This document shows, piece after piece, positions 11,221 to 22,603 of a stretch of 64,000 bases of DNA. The notes beneath the pieces are model-generated. The model saw only the letters and a list, made by a program, of their open reading frames with translations, was not told where the DNA came from and made no database searches. Source of the stretch: an uncultured cyanobacterium (GTDB lineage Bacteria > Cyanobacteriota > Cyanobacteriia > CAKZMO01). Made by a program: the position numbers and the translations under genes. Location: the NCBI GenBank assembly GCA_963719515.1, contig CAVRCJ010000017.1, forward strand, positions 32,001-96,000. Reading direction: 5' to 3'. Every line of letters starts with the position of its first letter. Within the stretch, counting starts at the first letter, position 1.

Positions 11221-12957
11221 TCAGTCATTGGGCGTATGCCGCGAAAAGACGTATACCCGCTGAGTCTGCAGGCGATCGCCCAGATCTGACGGCTGAATTA
11301 CCTTCTCAGCGGGTTCGGTCTGAGGCAGCTTAAAAATCTGCCGATCTAGCTTCACCTGCAGATTTGCCATAGGGTCGTGGCCTGGAGACACCATAAACTC
11401 CAGCCGCTCCACGTCAGGCCAAGCCACCACCTGATCCAAAATGGCGGTCATGGCCTGCACGTAAGGATGCTCGGAATCCTGATACCAATCGGCGGAGGCG
11501 ATCGCAGGCTGGTCCAAGCCTAAGTGAAAAATCAAGTCTGAGCGGTCAAACAGCGCCAGCGCCACCGACCGGGCCTCCTCCTGCAGCAGCAGATTTTGCG
11601 ACTGACACAGGTGCCGCAGCTTCTCCAGCCGCTCATAGCGCACCTCAACAGAGGGGCTGTCAGACCACTGCATCGCCACCGTCGCCAGGTAGGTTTGCAG
11701 CAGCAGATGCCCCAGCTTCTCCGCTTTGGTAGCCAGATAAGCGGCGTTGTAGGCGTTGGCCTCAATCAGCAGCGGCACCCGGTTCACCATCTCCAGACCG
11801 TAGCCCTTCAGTCCGGCAATCTTGCGGGGGTTGTTGGTGATCAAGCAAAACTTTCGAACGCCGATGTCGTTTAAAATCTGCGCCCCCATGCCGTAGTTGC
11901 GCTGGTCGGCAGGGAAGCCCAGGCGCTCGTTGGCAGCGACGGTGTCCAGGCCCTTGTCCTGCAGCGCATAGGCCTTCAGCTTATTGACTAGCCCAATGCC
12001 GCGTCCCTCCTGACGCAGGTAGACCACCACTCCGGCCCCGGCGCTGTCGATCATCTTCAGGGCCGCCTGCAGCTGACCCCGACAGTCGCAGCGCAGAGAG
12101 CCTAGCGCGTCCCCCGTCAGGCATTCAGAATGGACCCGCACCAGCACGGAGCGATCGCCAAAGGTGTCTGGGTCGCCCTTTACCAGGGCCACATGCTCAG
12201 AGCCATCCAGCTGGTTGCGGTAGGCGTAGACCTTGAAGTCGCCAAACAGACTGGGCAACTCAGCAATCGTTTCCCGCTGCACAAAGCGCTCGTGCTGCAG
12301 GCGATAGCTGATCAAGTCGGCAATGCTGATCAGCTTGAGGCCGCGCTGACGGGAGTAGTCGATCAGCTCCGGCAGGCGAGACATCGAGCCGTCGGGGTTT
12401 TGAATTTCGCAGATGACGCCAGCCGGATACAGCCCCGCCAGCCGCGCTAGGTCTACCCCCGCTTCAGTGTGGCCCGCCCGCCGCAGCACCCCGCCGTCCT
12501 GGGCGCGCAGGGGAAAAATGTGGCCGGGACGCCGCAAATCGCTGGACTGGGCCTTGGGGTTGATGGCAATCTGGATGGTGCGGGCGCGATCTTCCGCCGA
12601 AATGCCGGTCGTTACCCCCAGATGCACCGCCGCGTCAATGCTAACGGTGAAGGCGGTCTGCTCGCTGTCGTCGGTTTTATGGCTCACCATCAGCGGCAGG
12701 TCTAATTCGTCGAGGCGATCGCCCGTCATGGCGAGGCAGATCAGACCGCGAGCATCCACCGCCATAAAGTTGATCATGCTGGGGGTGGCAAACTGGGCCG
12801 CGCAGATCACATCTCCCTCATTTTCGCGGTTTTCGTCATCAACCACGACAATGGCGCGCCCCGACTTTAGCTCGACAAGGGCAGCTTCAACAGTATCAAA
12901 CTCAAAATCTAGGCCCGATCCGGGCGGGTATTGCGATTCCACAAGAGCGCTCAACAA
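11221..12957 (-). CDS. ribBA: Bifunctional DHBP synthase / GTP cyclohydrolase II with cyanobacterial C-terminal extension
   Basis: DDENRENEGD, RAGHTEA, RVHSECLTGD, CDC, QEGRGIGL. Confidence 0.96.
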   Translation of the reverse strand: MLSALVESQYPPGSGLDFEFDTVEAALVELKSGRAIVVVDDENRENEGDVICAAQFATPSMINFMAVDARGLICLAMTGDRLDELDLPLMVSHKTDDSEQTAFTVSIDAAVHLGVTTGISAEDRARTIQIAINPKAQSSDLRRPGHIFPLRAQDGGVLRRAGHTEAGVDLARLAGLYPAGVICEIQNPDGSMSRLPELIDYSRQRGLKLISIADLISYRLQHERFVQRETIAELPSLFGDFKVYAYRNQLDGSEHVALVKGDPDTFGDRSVLVRVHSECLTGDALGSLRCDCRGQLQAALKMIDSAGAGVVVYLRQEGRGIGLVNKLKAYALQDKGLDTVAANERLGFPADQRNYGMGAQILNDIGVRKFCLITNNPRKIAGLKGYGLEMVNRVPLLIEANAYNAAYLATKAEKLGHLLLQTYLATVAMQWSDSPSVEVRYERLEKLRHLCQSQNLLLQEEARSVALALFDRSDLIFHLGLDQPAIASADWYQDSEHPYVQAMTAILDQVVAWPDVERLEFMVSPGHDPMANLQVKLDRQIFKLPQTEPAEKVIQPSDLGDRLQTQRVYVFSRHTPND

Positions 12958-13151
12958 AGGTAGGGCATTGCGGGTAACCTTTAAGGCCAGCCGTACCTAA
13001 ATCTTATCGCTGATCTATTCGGACCGCTTTTCGGGCGAGATTCGCGCTACGTCGCGGTTATTCACGGCGCTCATACCGTAAACTTTGAACTACAATTCAA
13101 CTGCAGCATCAAGGACTGGGTAAAGACGGCGCAGTCAGGTGAAATAACGCT

Positions 13152-14207
13152 ATGGGAAATTCGAAAATACCGATCGGTATTGTAGGGGCATCGGGCTACG
13201 GTGGGGTTCAGCTTGTGCGGCTGCTGCTGGAGCACCCTCAAGTTGAGATTGCCTATCTAGGCGGCGACAGCAGTGCCGGTAAGCCGTTCGCCGACCTGTA
13301 TCCCCACCTAGGACATCAGGTGGTTCGAAACATTGAATCGATCGACTTAGACCAGATCGCTGAGCGATGCGAGGCGGTCTTTTTGTCGTTGCCCAACGGC
13401 CTCGCCTGCAAGATGGCTCCGCAGCTGCTGGAGCGGGGGTGCCGCGTCCTCGACCTCTCTGCCGACTACCGCTTTCAGGACTTAGAGACCTACACCGCTT
13501 GGTACGGCGGGGAGCGGGACGATAGGGTCACTGCCCAAGATGCGGTCTACGGTCTGCCGGAGCTGTACCGCGATCGCATTCGGTCAGCTTCTCTGGTGGG
13601 CTGCCCGGGCTGCTACCCGACAGCCAGCCTGATGGCGCTGGCGCCGCTGATGAAGCAGGGGCTTATTGAGCCGGGAAGCGCCATCATCGACGCTAAGTCT
13701 GGCACTTCAGGCGGCGGGCGCAGCGCCAAAACCCACCTGCTGCTCGCTGAGGCGGACAATTCTATCGCGGCCTACAGCGTCGCGCGACATCGGCACACCC
13801 CGGAAATTGAGCAGATTTGTAGCCAAATGGCGGGGCGTGAGGTCACCGTTCAGTTTACGCCCCACCTCGTGCCTATGGTGCGGGGCATTCTGGCGACGGT
13901 CTACGCCACGCTGCGCGACCCTGGCTTGGTGCGCGAAGATTTACTGACGATTTACAGCGCCTTTTACCGGAGCTCCGCCTGGGTTCGCATTTTGCCCAAT
14001 GGGATCTACCCACAGACCAAGTGGGCGCTGGGCACAAACCTCTGCTATATCGGCATTGAGGTGGACTCACGCACCGGACGCGTTATCGTTATGTCGGCGA
14101 TCGACAACCTGATGAAAGGTCAGGCTGCGCAAGCGGTCCAATGCCTCAACTTGATGATGGATTGGGACGAATCTCAGGGGCTTCCCAAGCTTGGATTCTA
14201 TCCGTAG
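13152..14207 (+). CDS. argC: N-acetyl-gamma-glutamyl-phosphate reductase
   Basis: [28 protein letters not shown]. Confidence 0.97.
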   Translation: MGNSKIPIGIVGASGYGGVQLVRLLLEHPQVEIAYLGGDSSAGKPFADLYPHLGHQVVRNIESIDLDQIAERCEAVFLSLPNGLACKMAPQLLERGCRVLDLSADYRFQDLETYTAWYGGERDDRVTAQDAVYGLPELYRDRIRSASLVGCPGCYPTASLMALAPLMKQGLIEPGSAIIDAKSGTSGGGRSAKTHLLLAEADNSIAAYSVARHRHTPEIEQICSQMAGREVTVQFTPHLVPMVRGILATVYATLRDPGLVREDLLTIYSAFYRSSAWVRILPNGIYPQTKWALGTNLCYIGIEVDSRTGRVIVMSAIDNLMKGQAAQAVQCLNLMMDWDESQGLPKLGFYP

Positions 14208-14322
14208 GGCCAAATCAAAACGGCGCTGCTGCCGGACGTGAAGCCGCGACTTCAGCGCCAGGTCTTCAGCGCCAGGGCTTTGATTTCCCTAGCGCTGAAG
14301 ACTGGCTTAGGCTCTGGCCGAC

Positions 14323-15867
14323 CTAAGCGAAGTTTGCGCTATCCGTCACGTCAACGCCAATGACAATGGCCAGCTTTTGGTTGGTCTCCTCGACACGAAT
14401 AGTACTGTTGCCGCCGCGTACAGTCACCGATAGGTCATCGAAGCTCAAGCCACCGCCATCAATGATATCAGTGCCCTTTTGAAAGCCCTCAAACAGATCA
14501 ACTCCCCGGGCTACTTCCAAACAGTAGATGTCGGCGCCCCCGCCCCCGCGTAGAACGTCTCGTCCATTGCCGCCAGACATTAGGTCATCTCCTTTGTTGC
14601 CGCGCAGAATGTCGCTGCCGCCGCCGCCGAGGAGTTCGTCGTTACCTTTGTTGCCTGACAGTACGTCGCGCCCCGCGCCACCCAAGATAATATCGTTGCC
14701 GGAGCCACCGGTAATGACGTCCCGGGCCTGTCCTCCACTCAGGAAATCTGCGCCACCGTCGCCGTTCAGAAAGTCACGGGCCCTGCCGCCCAAGATGCGA
14801 TCGCTACCGGCCCCTCCGAATATTAGATCTCGGCCATCTCCGCCGTTAATTTCGTCATTACCCCTCAAGCCTTGAACAATATCTCCGCCGCCGCGGGCTA
14901 GGATAACGTCATCTTGAGCTGTCCCGGTGATTGTTTCAGAGGCGCCAGTGCCAGAGATGACGCTAACGAAATCCGGTAGGACATCCCCGTCGTCCTCGTT
15001 TCCGCCCGTGGTCGGAGGAGGCGCGACGGGAGGCGTCACGGAAGGCGTAGTCGGGGCAGGCGTCACGGGAGGCGTAGTCGGGATAGGCGTCACGGGAGGC
15101 GTAGTCGGGGTGACAGAAGGCTCAACATCGTTGTCCTGAATCACCAAGTTTGCCTGACTTACCGCGCCAACAAAGCCATTGCCGTTATCCGACGTCAGCG
15201 TCAGCAGAACAGTCTCATCAGATTCGACAACGCTGTCGTCGAGAAGGGGAATAGCCGCGCTAGCCGTCGATTCTCCATCAGCAAATGTGACGACGATTGG
15301 CGAAGCGGTGTAGTCGGCCCCTGCCGTAGCGGATGGCTCAGCTCCATCCGCCAAGTTCACCGTGACCGAAACTTCACCTTCTGTAGAGCCTTCCCGAATT
15401 AGATTGACCGTTGCCGGACCTTCTCCCTCATTGGCGCTAAAGGTCGCGCCGCCAAAAGAGACGGTGCCAATGCTCACTGGCGTGAACGTAAGCGCCCCGA
15501 CTCGGGCGTATTCCTCTAGATTGCGTGTGCCAGTCAGAACAATATCTTGATTTTCCAAGATAAAGACGCGAGTTGCCAGAGGACCATTCGGAACGGCGGT
15601 ATTGCCGGGTGCCGGATTGCTAAATTCTATTGAACCCCCTACGTTGAGAGAGATTCCAGCGACGCCATCGCTCTCATCGATATAGGAGGCACTAACATCG
15701 TACAGACCACTAGTGCCAGTGAAAGCAAATGTTGCTGTGCCTGTTGCGCCTGAACTAGTTCCATTAATTGGAATTTGAATGACTGGAAAGGCGAATCGAG
15801 AAGAATTTTCGTAAGTCGACAGCGTGACGGCAGGATTATTCGATAGCTCAACGGTCGTTGGTGGCAT
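14323..15867 (-). CDS. Secreted Calx-beta domain / RTX Ca-binding repeat protein with Pro/Thr linker
   Basis: ATAGADY...FADGE...DDSVVESDETV (Calx-beta); many GGxGxD nonapeptides; no signal peptide. Confidence 0.85.
   Translation of the reverse strand: MPPTTVELSNNPAVTLSTYENSSRFAFPVIQIPINGTSSGATGTATFAFTGTSGLYDVSASYIDESDGVAGISLNVGGSIEFSNPAPGNTAVPNGPLATRVFILENQDIVLTGTRNLEEYARVGALTFTPVSIGTVSFGGATFSANEGEGPATVNLIREGSTEGEVSVTVNLADGAEPSATAGADYTASPIVVTFADGESTASAAIPLLDDSVVESDETVLLTLTSDNGNGFVGAVSQANLVIQDNDVEPSVTPTTPPVTPIPTTPPVTPAPTTPSVTPPVAPPPTTGGNEDDGDVLPDFVSVISGTGASETITGTAQDDVILARGGGDIVQGLRGNDEINGGDGRDLIFGGAGSDRILGGRARDFLNGDGGADFLSGGQARDVITGGSGNDIILGGAGRDVLSGNKGNDELLGGGGSDILRGNKGDDLMSGGNGRDVLRGGGGADIYCLEVARGVDLFEGFQKGTDIIDGGGLSFDDLSVTVRGGNSTIRVEETNQKLAIVIGVDVTDSANFA
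15020..15112. repeat. 27-bp coding tandem repeat (Pro/Thr linker, PTTPPVTP)
   Basis: cgtcacgggaggcgtagtcggg recurs every 27 bp. Confidence 0.8.
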
Positions 15868-16373
15868 TTAGTATTGTCCTTAGGTGAAGTTCGTGGCCTT
15901 GTCAGCGCAAATATTTGAAAATTTTGATTGAAACGGAAGTTGCTCCTCAAGCCAAGATTGACCTGACCCAAAGCGAGAAAGGGGCGGCGAAGAAAAGCTC
16001 TCTGCTGGTCTAACAGCCGGGGAATTGAGCTGATTTGCCCAAGCAACGCCTTTCCAACAGCACACAAAATTCTCCAAATAAAGGCTCTATCCGCAGCCCA
16101 ACTGAGTGAAAAAAGATCAAGCTGATGGCCAGCGCAAAGCCACACATAAACTAACGGCAGCAATTAGGAGAAATCAGCAGCGTTTTTAGAGCTTTATTGT
16201 GTCTTGATAGTAAAGCGGCTTGTGTAAGAGGACGTTAAGTTAAAGCCTTCTCATATACCCTAAATGGGCAAACTAATGCATGTCCCAATTTGGCTTAGAA
16301 CGCAGCATTTCTAATTTTTTAGAGAGACAAAATTAAACTACGAGCGAGGCGAAAATTTAACGTCAAGCAATGA

Positions 16374-18011
16374 TCATGGGAGGTTGACCAACACTTTGAA
16401 TCGCTGCCAGTGAGCGATCGCCTCAGGCTGACTTGGAACCCCTCGCTGCAGCAAGGCTACGCCGTCCTCAAAAGCCACTAGCCCGTAGGCTCGCTGGGTT
16501 AATCGGTCAACGCGGGGCACCATCTGGCGCAGGCGGTTGGCATCATCTTCAAAAGCAGCGCCATACTGCTGCAGCTGCCAAAGATCGACGATCCCGTAGT
16601 CCACTGCGATCGCCTCTCCCACATCGTCTCTAAGCCGTATGGCCGGAAACCGCACAATTTCTCGGCGACTGGAGAGGTGGGGCACGATGTGGGTCGTGGC
16701 AGAAACGCTAGCGTCCTGAGGAATTTGAGACATCAGCTCTCGAATAGTCCCCACATGAGACCACTGACGGGCGGGGGAGATGTAAACCCGGGGCTGAAAG
16801 GAATCGGGCACCACAAACGACAGCGCCCGATTGGGATTGGATGTGGCCGTAAACAGTAGGGATAGGCCGATACAAAAGACCCAAAACCGCCCTTTCCAGC
16901 GCGCTTTCAACCCCTGTGGTCGCTCTGACCACCATAAAATTGCACCATAGAAAAATCCAGGGACCACCGTCAGAGCGTAGCGCAGGTTGATGGCCAGGGC
17001 GGTGCTATCGTCGCGAATAAATAGTTTCACTAGCGGAAACGCGCTGAGGGCCCAGGCCGACGGGGAAATGGCAGGGACAAACGCGAGGGGGAGCCACTGG
17101 GCCAGCAGGTATTTTAGCGTCCGGTCTACGGGGGTTACCAGGTCTGATAAAAGCTGGCCGGGGCGAGTCAGCAGACCTTTGATCACGTCTAGGGTTGTCG
17201 CCTCGTTGCTGTCAACGTAGGGGGCAAACTGCTCAATCATGAAGCGCCGCGAGATATCCTCCGAGAATAGCGGCATCACGACGTTGGTGAGCACCAGTAT
17301 ATAGCCCAAACTAACGACGCAGGTCGCCAGGCCCAAACCCGGGCGACGGCTTACCGCCAAATAGCAGCCAATGCTAAACAGAATGACCCCGGCATCCTCC
17401 CGAATCGCCAGCACTACGGCAGCAGCCATCCAGAAAACCCACCAGCGCCGCTGCTCTACCGCCAAAAACAGCGTAAAGGTAAACAGCGGTACCTGACATA
17501 AGTCGTGAAAATTGGCCAGGCTAGGACCGACTACTGCATTGGCAGCGTAGAAGCTGATGGTGATTAAGGTGGCGATCGCCACGCCTAGGCGCTCCCGAGC
17601 CAGCCGGTAAAGCAGCAGCCCCGCCGCCGTAAGCAGCGTAATTTGTAGGACAAGCAGCGTAGCGGGATATGGAAATAGAGCGTAGAGAGGGAGCCACAGC
17701 AGCAGGGCTGGGGTGAAATGCTGGCCGAGACGGTGGTAGCCAACAAAGGGAAGCTCGCCGTCGTGAACCACTGGAGTAGAGAGGGTAGAAGACAGGGAGC
17801 TTTGAAAGAGTCTGCCGTGGGCACTGTTCCAAAACACCTGGTTGAAGATGCCTTGGTCAAACGAGGCATAGGAGGGGTACATGCTGTAGTGGCGATGCAG
17901 CAGCAGCACAACCAGGGCGGCCCAAAACAGCAGCGCGGCAGCTATTGCCCCTTGACTGAGGCCGAAGCGCTCGCGCTGTGTCCATTTGAGACGTTGTTCT
18001 ATTCTCATCAT
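16374..18011 (-). CDS. DUF2079-like membrane protein (GT-C-like)
   Basis: FDQGIFNQVFWN, LGQHFTP, NFHD, REDAG motifs; multiple TM helices. Confidence 0.8.
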   Translation of the reverse strand: MMRIEQRLKWTQRERFGLSQGAIAAALLFWAALVVLLLHRHYSMYPSYASFDQGIFNQVFWNSAHGRLFQSSLSSTLSTPVVHDGELPFVGYHRLGQHFTPALLLWLPLYALFPYPATLLVLQITLLTAAGLLLYRLARERLGVAIATLITISFYAANAVVGPSLANFHDLCQVPLFTFTLFLAVEQRRWWVFWMAAAVVLAIREDAGVILFSIGCYLAVSRRPGLGLATCVVSLGYILVLTNVVMPLFSEDISRRFMIEQFAPYVDSNEATTLDVIKGLLTRPGQLLSDLVTPVDRTLKYLLAQWLPLAFVPAISPSAWALSAFPLVKLFIRDDSTALAINLRYALTVVPGFFYGAILWWSERPQGLKARWKGRFWVFCIGLSLLFTATSNPNRALSFVVPDSFQPRVYISPARQWSHVGTIRELMSQIPQDASVSATTHIVPHLSSRREIVRFPAIRLRDDVGEAIAVDYGIVDLWQLQQYGAAFEDDANRLRQMVPRVDRLTQRAYGLVAFEDGVALLQRGVPSQPEAIAHWQRFKVLVNLP

Positions 18012-18036
18012 GCTGAGGATTGAGTTGGGGATATCC

Positions 18037-18945
18037 CTATGACGACGCGATATACCCACGCAGCAGCGCCGCCAGCTTCTTCTTGGTTTCCGCAGGCGCA
18101 CCCTCGAGCGGCGTCAAAATAGCGTCCTTCAGGGCGCAATGGGCGGCAGACTCGGGAGGGGCGGCCTGCAGCCGCTTGACGGTTTCTCGAATCACCGCCT
18201 GGGCATTGGCCGAATTTTTCATCAGGTTGCCAATCACTAGCTCTACCGTGACGCTGTCGTGGTCCGGGTGCCAGCAGTCGTAATCCGTCACCATCGCGAG
18301 CGTTGCGTAGGCAATCTCTGCCTCACGGGCCAGCTTGGCCTCGGGTAAGTTCGTCATTCCGACAACGGCTGCCCCCCAGCTACGGTAGAGGTTAGACTCT
18401 GCCTTGGTGGAGAAAGCGGGGCCTTCCATACAGACATAAGTGCCGCCGCTGTGCCGCTGGATACCCGGAAAGTTGAGGTGGTCGATGGCGTCGGCGATGA
18501 CCTCAGAGAGAGCAGAGCACACCGGTTCGGCAAAGGCAATATGGGCCACGATGCCCTCTCCAAAAAAGGTAGAGGCGCGGTTCTTGGTGCGATCGATAAA
18601 CTGATCCGGCAGCACCATGTCTAGAGGCTTGAACTGCTCTTGAAGCGAACCCACCGCCGACGCCGAAATCAGGTATTTGACGCCCAGCTGCTTCATCGCG
18701 TAGACGTTGGCCCGAAAAGGCAACTCCGACGGCAGCAGTCGATGTCCTCGACCGTGGCGCGCCAGAAAGGCCACCCGTGCTCCCTCCAACGTACCGATAA
18801 TGACGGCATCAGAGGGCGAGCCAAACGGGGTATCTATCTGGACCTCTTCCACGTCCTGCAGCGCGTCCATCTGATAGAGTCCGCTACCGCCAATAATGCC
18901 AATCGTGACGTCCATACTGCTTCTTGCCCATGCCTGCTCAAGCAT
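18037..18945 (-). CDS. mtnP: S-methyl-5'-thioadenosine phosphorylase
   Basis: [40 protein letters not shown]. Confidence 0.96.
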   Translation of the reverse strand: MLEQAWARSSMDVTIGIIGGSGLYQMDALQDVEEVQIDTPFGSPSDAVIIGTLEGARVAFLARHGRGHRLLPSELPFRANVYAMKQLGVKYLISASAVGSLQEQFKPLDMVLPDQFIDRTKNRASTFFGEGIVAHIAFAEPVCSALSEVIADAIDHLNFPGIQRHSGGTYVCMEGPAFSTKAESNLYRSWGAAVVGMTNLPEAKLAREAEIAYATLAMVTDYDCWHPDHDSVTVELVIGNLMKNSANAQAVIRETVKRLQAAPPESAAHCALKDAILTPLEGAPAETKKKLAALLRGYIASS

Positions 18946-18996
18946 TCTACTGATCTGAAATTCTTAAAGCAACTGATGGGGGTTTCCGCTAGCGGC

Positions 18997-19833
18997 CTAC
19001 TCGGGGCGCAGCAGCCAAATGCCGCTGTAGGTCACGCCGGAGTCGTCGGGCTGGACCAGGAGAAAGTGGAGCCCCTGGCTAGTTTGCTGACGCTTTTGAA
19101 AGGTTTGTCCCGCTTGAGCCACAGCCTCATCCTCAAACGTCGCCAAAATCCAGCGATCGCTCAATCCCGCCTCCAAAATCAGGCCGTCGGGGGGCCCCGG
19201 ACTATAGCCAAGGCTCACCGGGGACTGCGCCTCTAGCCACTGGGCCAGGCGCATGGCCTGTCGCCCCCCGTCAATGATCACGCCGGGAATGAGGGTGTCT
19301 GAGGCTAGCTTTAGCGCGAGAGGGGAAAGCTCGGGCGGCATGTCGCGGATGGGGATGGGTTCCTCTACAACTGTCGTGAGCGCGGCGGCGGCGATCGCCC
19401 CAAACCGCCACTGTTCCCCCCACAGCGCTTCTGGAACAGGCAGCGGCGGGGGAGACTCAACCCAGGTCGGCTGATACGGCTCACGGGTGTATTCCGCCAT
19501 GGCAGCGTAGAGACCGACGCGATCTTTAAGGTGGGCCTTGAGCAGCGGGGTCCGCCGGGTCGCCACGACAGAGAGGGACAGAGACTGCGCCGCTGTGGTA
19601 ATCAGGCTAAGGCACTGGGGGCGAAAGACTTCCAGACGCTGGGGACGGCCATGCTGCTGCATCACCGCCCGCAGCTGAGCGGTTAGCCAGGCCGCTGTGG
19701 CGGCAGACTGCTGGCAAAACGAATGGGCAATAAACTCCTGCTCCGCGCAGCAAATCACCAGCTCCCATACCGGCTGACCCTCGTCCTGCAGCGGGCGGCG
19801 GTAGAAATCAGTTTGCCAAACGCTGGTGCTCAT
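18997..19833 (-). CDS. Tab2/Atab2-family RNA-binding protein
   Basis: WQTDFYRRP...WEL, LWGEQWRF, LHFLLVQPDDSGVTYSGIWLL. Confidence 0.88.
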   Translation of the reverse strand: MSTSVWQTDFYRRPLQDEGQPVWELVICCAEQEFIAHSFCQQSAATAAWLTAQLRAVMQQHGRPQRLEVFRPQCLSLITTAAQSLSLSVVATRRTPLLKAHLKDRVGLYAAMAEYTREPYQPTWVESPPPLPVPEALWGEQWRFGAIAAAALTTVVEEPIPIRDMPPELSPLALKLASDTLIPGVIIDGGRQAMRLAQWLEAQSPVSLGYSPGPPDGLILEAGLSDRWILATFEDEAVAQAGQTFQKRQQTSQGLHFLLVQPDDSGVTYSGIWLLRPE

Positions 19834-20195
19834 CGCGCCCCACCTGCAGCCCCCAGCTGCGCTTTCAGTCGGGCTAGATCCTCCTGTAGCGAAAACACGT
19901 CCTGACGGGTTTCAATCACAAGGGTGGCGAGTTGGTCATAGTCTTGGCCAAGGCCAGGGCGCGGCGTGACGACGGCCTCGCGCTCCTCTGCGCCACCCAG
20001 TCGCTGAAGCCTGCCGATCTGGCTATCGAGCTGACTGATTTGAGACTGCAGCGATCGCGCCGCTGTCTCTAGGCGAGACAGGCGAAAGGATGCCTGCTGG
20101 TCGGTTTGACCTTGGGCCGGGTGGGGCCTCAGCGTTAGTAAGGCTAGCCCTATCAGCAGCGCGACGCCCCAGTAGCGCTTAGAGCTTGCTGCCAC
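19830..20195 (-). CDS. Hypothetical exported coiled-coil protein (start uncertain; GTG 20195 overlaps ilvB stop)
   Basis: Signal peptide, coiled coil, DQLATLVIE motif; between ilvB and the Tab2 gene. Confidence 0.65.
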   Translation of the reverse strand: MAASSKRYWGVALLIGLALLTLRPHPAQGQTDQQASFRLSRLETAARSLQSQISQLDSQIGRLQRLGGAEEREAVVTPRPGLGQDYDQLATLVIETRQDVFSLQEDLARLKAQLGAAGGAR

Positions 20196-22068
20196 AGTCA
20201 GGGCAGAAGTTATTCTTCGAGTTGTTTTCCGCACCACAGCTTCCACAGACTGAATGTTCTAGCTCGCGGGCTAGCCGCTCCGGTAGCCCGAGCATCTGAG
20301 CGTTGCTCTTGCCCGGCGCCACCATGGGGTAGCAGTTCTCATCCCGCTTGACGCGCACGTCCATCAGCACCGGCCCGTCAAAAGCCAGCATTTCAGCGAT
20401 CGCCGCCGACAGCTCCGAGCGCTCTTCCACCACCATGCCCCGGACTCCGAAAGCCTCCGCCAGCTTAACGAAGTCCGGCATCCCCACCTCCATATTTGAG
20501 GAGGAGTAGCGCTCACCGTAAAACGACTGCTGCCACTGACGCACCATGCCCTGCCAAGCATTGTTGATGATTACGGTTTTAGCCGCGACACCGTACTGAG
20601 CCAGGGTGCCGAGCTCCTGCAGATTCATTTGAAAGCTGGCGTCGCCGCTGATGCAAATGACCTCTTCGTCGGGTAAAGCAACTTTGACCCCCAAGGCCGC
20701 TGGTAGACCATAGCCCATAGTCCCTAGCCCAGCGCTGGAGATCCAGCGGCGCGGTCCAGTCTTCAAAAACTGAGCCGACCACATCTGGTGCTGGCCCACA
20801 TCGGTGGTGTAATAGGCGTGGGGCGCTTGACGGCACAGCTCCGCAATCACCTCTTGAGGGGCAATGACGCCGGGGTAGCTAGGAGCTGTGATCGGGTAGT
20901 CGGCTTTCCAGGCCAGGATGCGATCGCGCCAGGGACTCGTCTGAGCGCTGTCCGCATCGTAGTTTTGGTCTGAGTCGCGGCGCAGCAGATCGCTCATCAC
21001 CCGCCGCACGTCTCCCACAATGGGGACCTCAGGGGCCCGGTTTTTGCCCACTTCTGCCGGGTCAATGTCAATATGAATCACCTTGGCGCGGGCGGCAAAC
21101 TCGTCTAGCTTGCCCGTCACCCGGTCGTCAAAGCGGGCGCCCACCGCAATCAGCAGGTCGCACTCGCTAACGGCGAAGTTAGCGTAAGCGGTACCGTGCA
21201 TGCCCAGCATCCCCACCGCCAGTTCGTGGTGCTCGTCAAAGGCCCCTTTACCCATCAGCGTCGTGGTGACAGGAATCTGGTAGCGCTCTGCGAGCTGCCT
21301 AATTTCCTCATGGGCCCCGGAAGTAATGGCGCCTCCCCCGACGTACAGCAGCGGACGTTGGGCGGCGCGGATAAGCTTCAGCGCCTGGGAAAGCTGGCGA
21401 GGGTTGCCCTTAAACGTAGGGCGATAGCCCGGCAGCTTAACCGAGCCTGGCTCCACGGGGACGTAGTCAAATTCTTCGAGGCCGACGTCTTTAGGAATAT
21501 CAATCAGCACCGGGCCGGGACGACCGGTTTGGGCAATGTAGAACGCCTCAGCGACAATGCGAGCCATGTCCTGCGGGTTACGCACGACGTAGGAATGCTT
21601 GACGATGGGTAGGGTGATCCCAAAAATATCGGTTTCTTGAAACGCATCGCTGCCGATTGCCGGACGTGGAACCTGACCGGTGACGACCACCATGGGAATG
21701 GAGTCCATCTGAGCCGTAGCGATGCCGGTCACTAGGTTAGTGGCCCCCGGCCCTGAGGTGGCGAAGCAGACGCCGACTCGCCCAGTTGCCCGGGAGTAGG
21801 CGTCAGCCGCGTGGGACGCGCCCTGCTCATGCCGCACCAGAATATGCTGTAGCCGGCCCGCTTCCTCTGCCTTGTACAGCGCGTCGTAAATGGGCAGAAT
21901 AGCGCCCCCCGGATAGCCAAAAATGTGGGTGACGCCGTGACAGCACAGGCTGTCTATTAAGGCGTGCGCGCCAGACGCCCGGGTTGATTCACTAGCGCGA
22001 TGGCTAGTGAGTGCTGGAGAGAGCGTCTGAGACTGTTCACTAGGGCGGCTGGGGAGGACGTCACGCAT
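20179..22068 (-). CDS. ilvB: Acetolactate synthase large subunit with C-terminal zinc ribbon
   Basis: [32 protein letters not shown]; terminal CxxC...CPxCG. Confidence 0.97.
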   Translation of the reverse strand: MRDVLPSRPSEQSQTLSPALTSHRASESTRASGAHALIDSLCCHGVTHIFGYPGGAILPIYDALYKAEEAGRLQHILVRHEQGASHAADAYSRATGRVGVCFATSGPGATNLVTGIATAQMDSIPMVVVTGQVPRPAIGSDAFQETDIFGITLPIVKHSYVVRNPQDMARIVAEAFYIAQTGRPGPVLIDIPKDVGLEEFDYVPVEPGSVKLPGYRPTFKGNPRQLSQALKLIRAAQRPLLYVGGGAITSGAHEEIRQLAERYQIPVTTTLMGKGAFDEHHELAVGMLGMHGTAYANFAVSECDLLIAVGARFDDRVTGKLDEFAARAKVIHIDIDPAEVGKNRAPEVPIVGDVRRVMSDLLRRDSDQNYDADSAQTSPWRDRILAWKADYPITAPSYPGVIAPQEVIAELCRQAPHAYYTTDVGQHQMWSAQFLKTGPRRWISSAGLGTMGYGLPAALGVKVALPDEEVICISGDASFQMNLQELGTLAQYGVAAKTVIINNAWQGMVRQWQQSFYGERYSSSNMEVGMPDFVKLAEAFGVRGMVVEERSELSAAIAEMLAFDGPVLMDVRVKRDENCYPMVAPGKSNAQMLGLPERLARELEHSVCGSCGAENNSKNNFCPDCGSKL

Positions 22069-22279
22069 GGCGGTTGAAGAACCCTATGGGATGAGTGGTT
22101 GAGTCAGCGGTCAAGGGGTGGCCTATAGACTGTTCAAGATGAACGTATAGTCTAGTTTAGCTCTCATGCTAGCGCGCGATGGGCAGAAGACAGCTTGAGA
22201 ATATATGAAATGATCGATAGCGTAACCTATAGAGATGAAAGCGCTGGCGATTAGATCCGCTCACGTCCTACTTATTCTT

Positions 22280-22552
22280 ATGGAAGACACCCGTTTAATC
22301 TTGTACAGCAAACCCGGCTGTCACCTCTGTGAAGGATTAGAGGAAAAGCTGCTGAGCATTCGTTTACCGATTGCGCTAGACATTAGAGACATCACCACCC
22401 AGCCCCACTGGTGGACGCAATATCGCTACGAGATCCCGGTGCTTCATCTACAGATGGGTCAGCATATAACGGCGATTCCCCGCTTCTCGCCACGGGCTTC
22501 TGCTGAGCGAGTTGAGCAAATCTTGCGAAAATACATGGTAGAACAGGACTGA
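22280..22552 (+). CDS. Glutaredoxin-like protein (DUF836)
   Basis: LYSKPGCHLC...YEIPVL. Confidence 0.85.
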   Translation: MEDTRLILYSKPGCHLCEGLEEKLLSIRLPIALDIRDITTQPHWWTQYRYEIPVLHLQMGQHITAIPRFSPRASAERVEQILRKYMVEQD

Positions 22553-22603
22553 ACTATCCACGCTGCCCTGGTGTAGCGCTCACTCTAGCGGTAGGGAAGC
22601 CCG

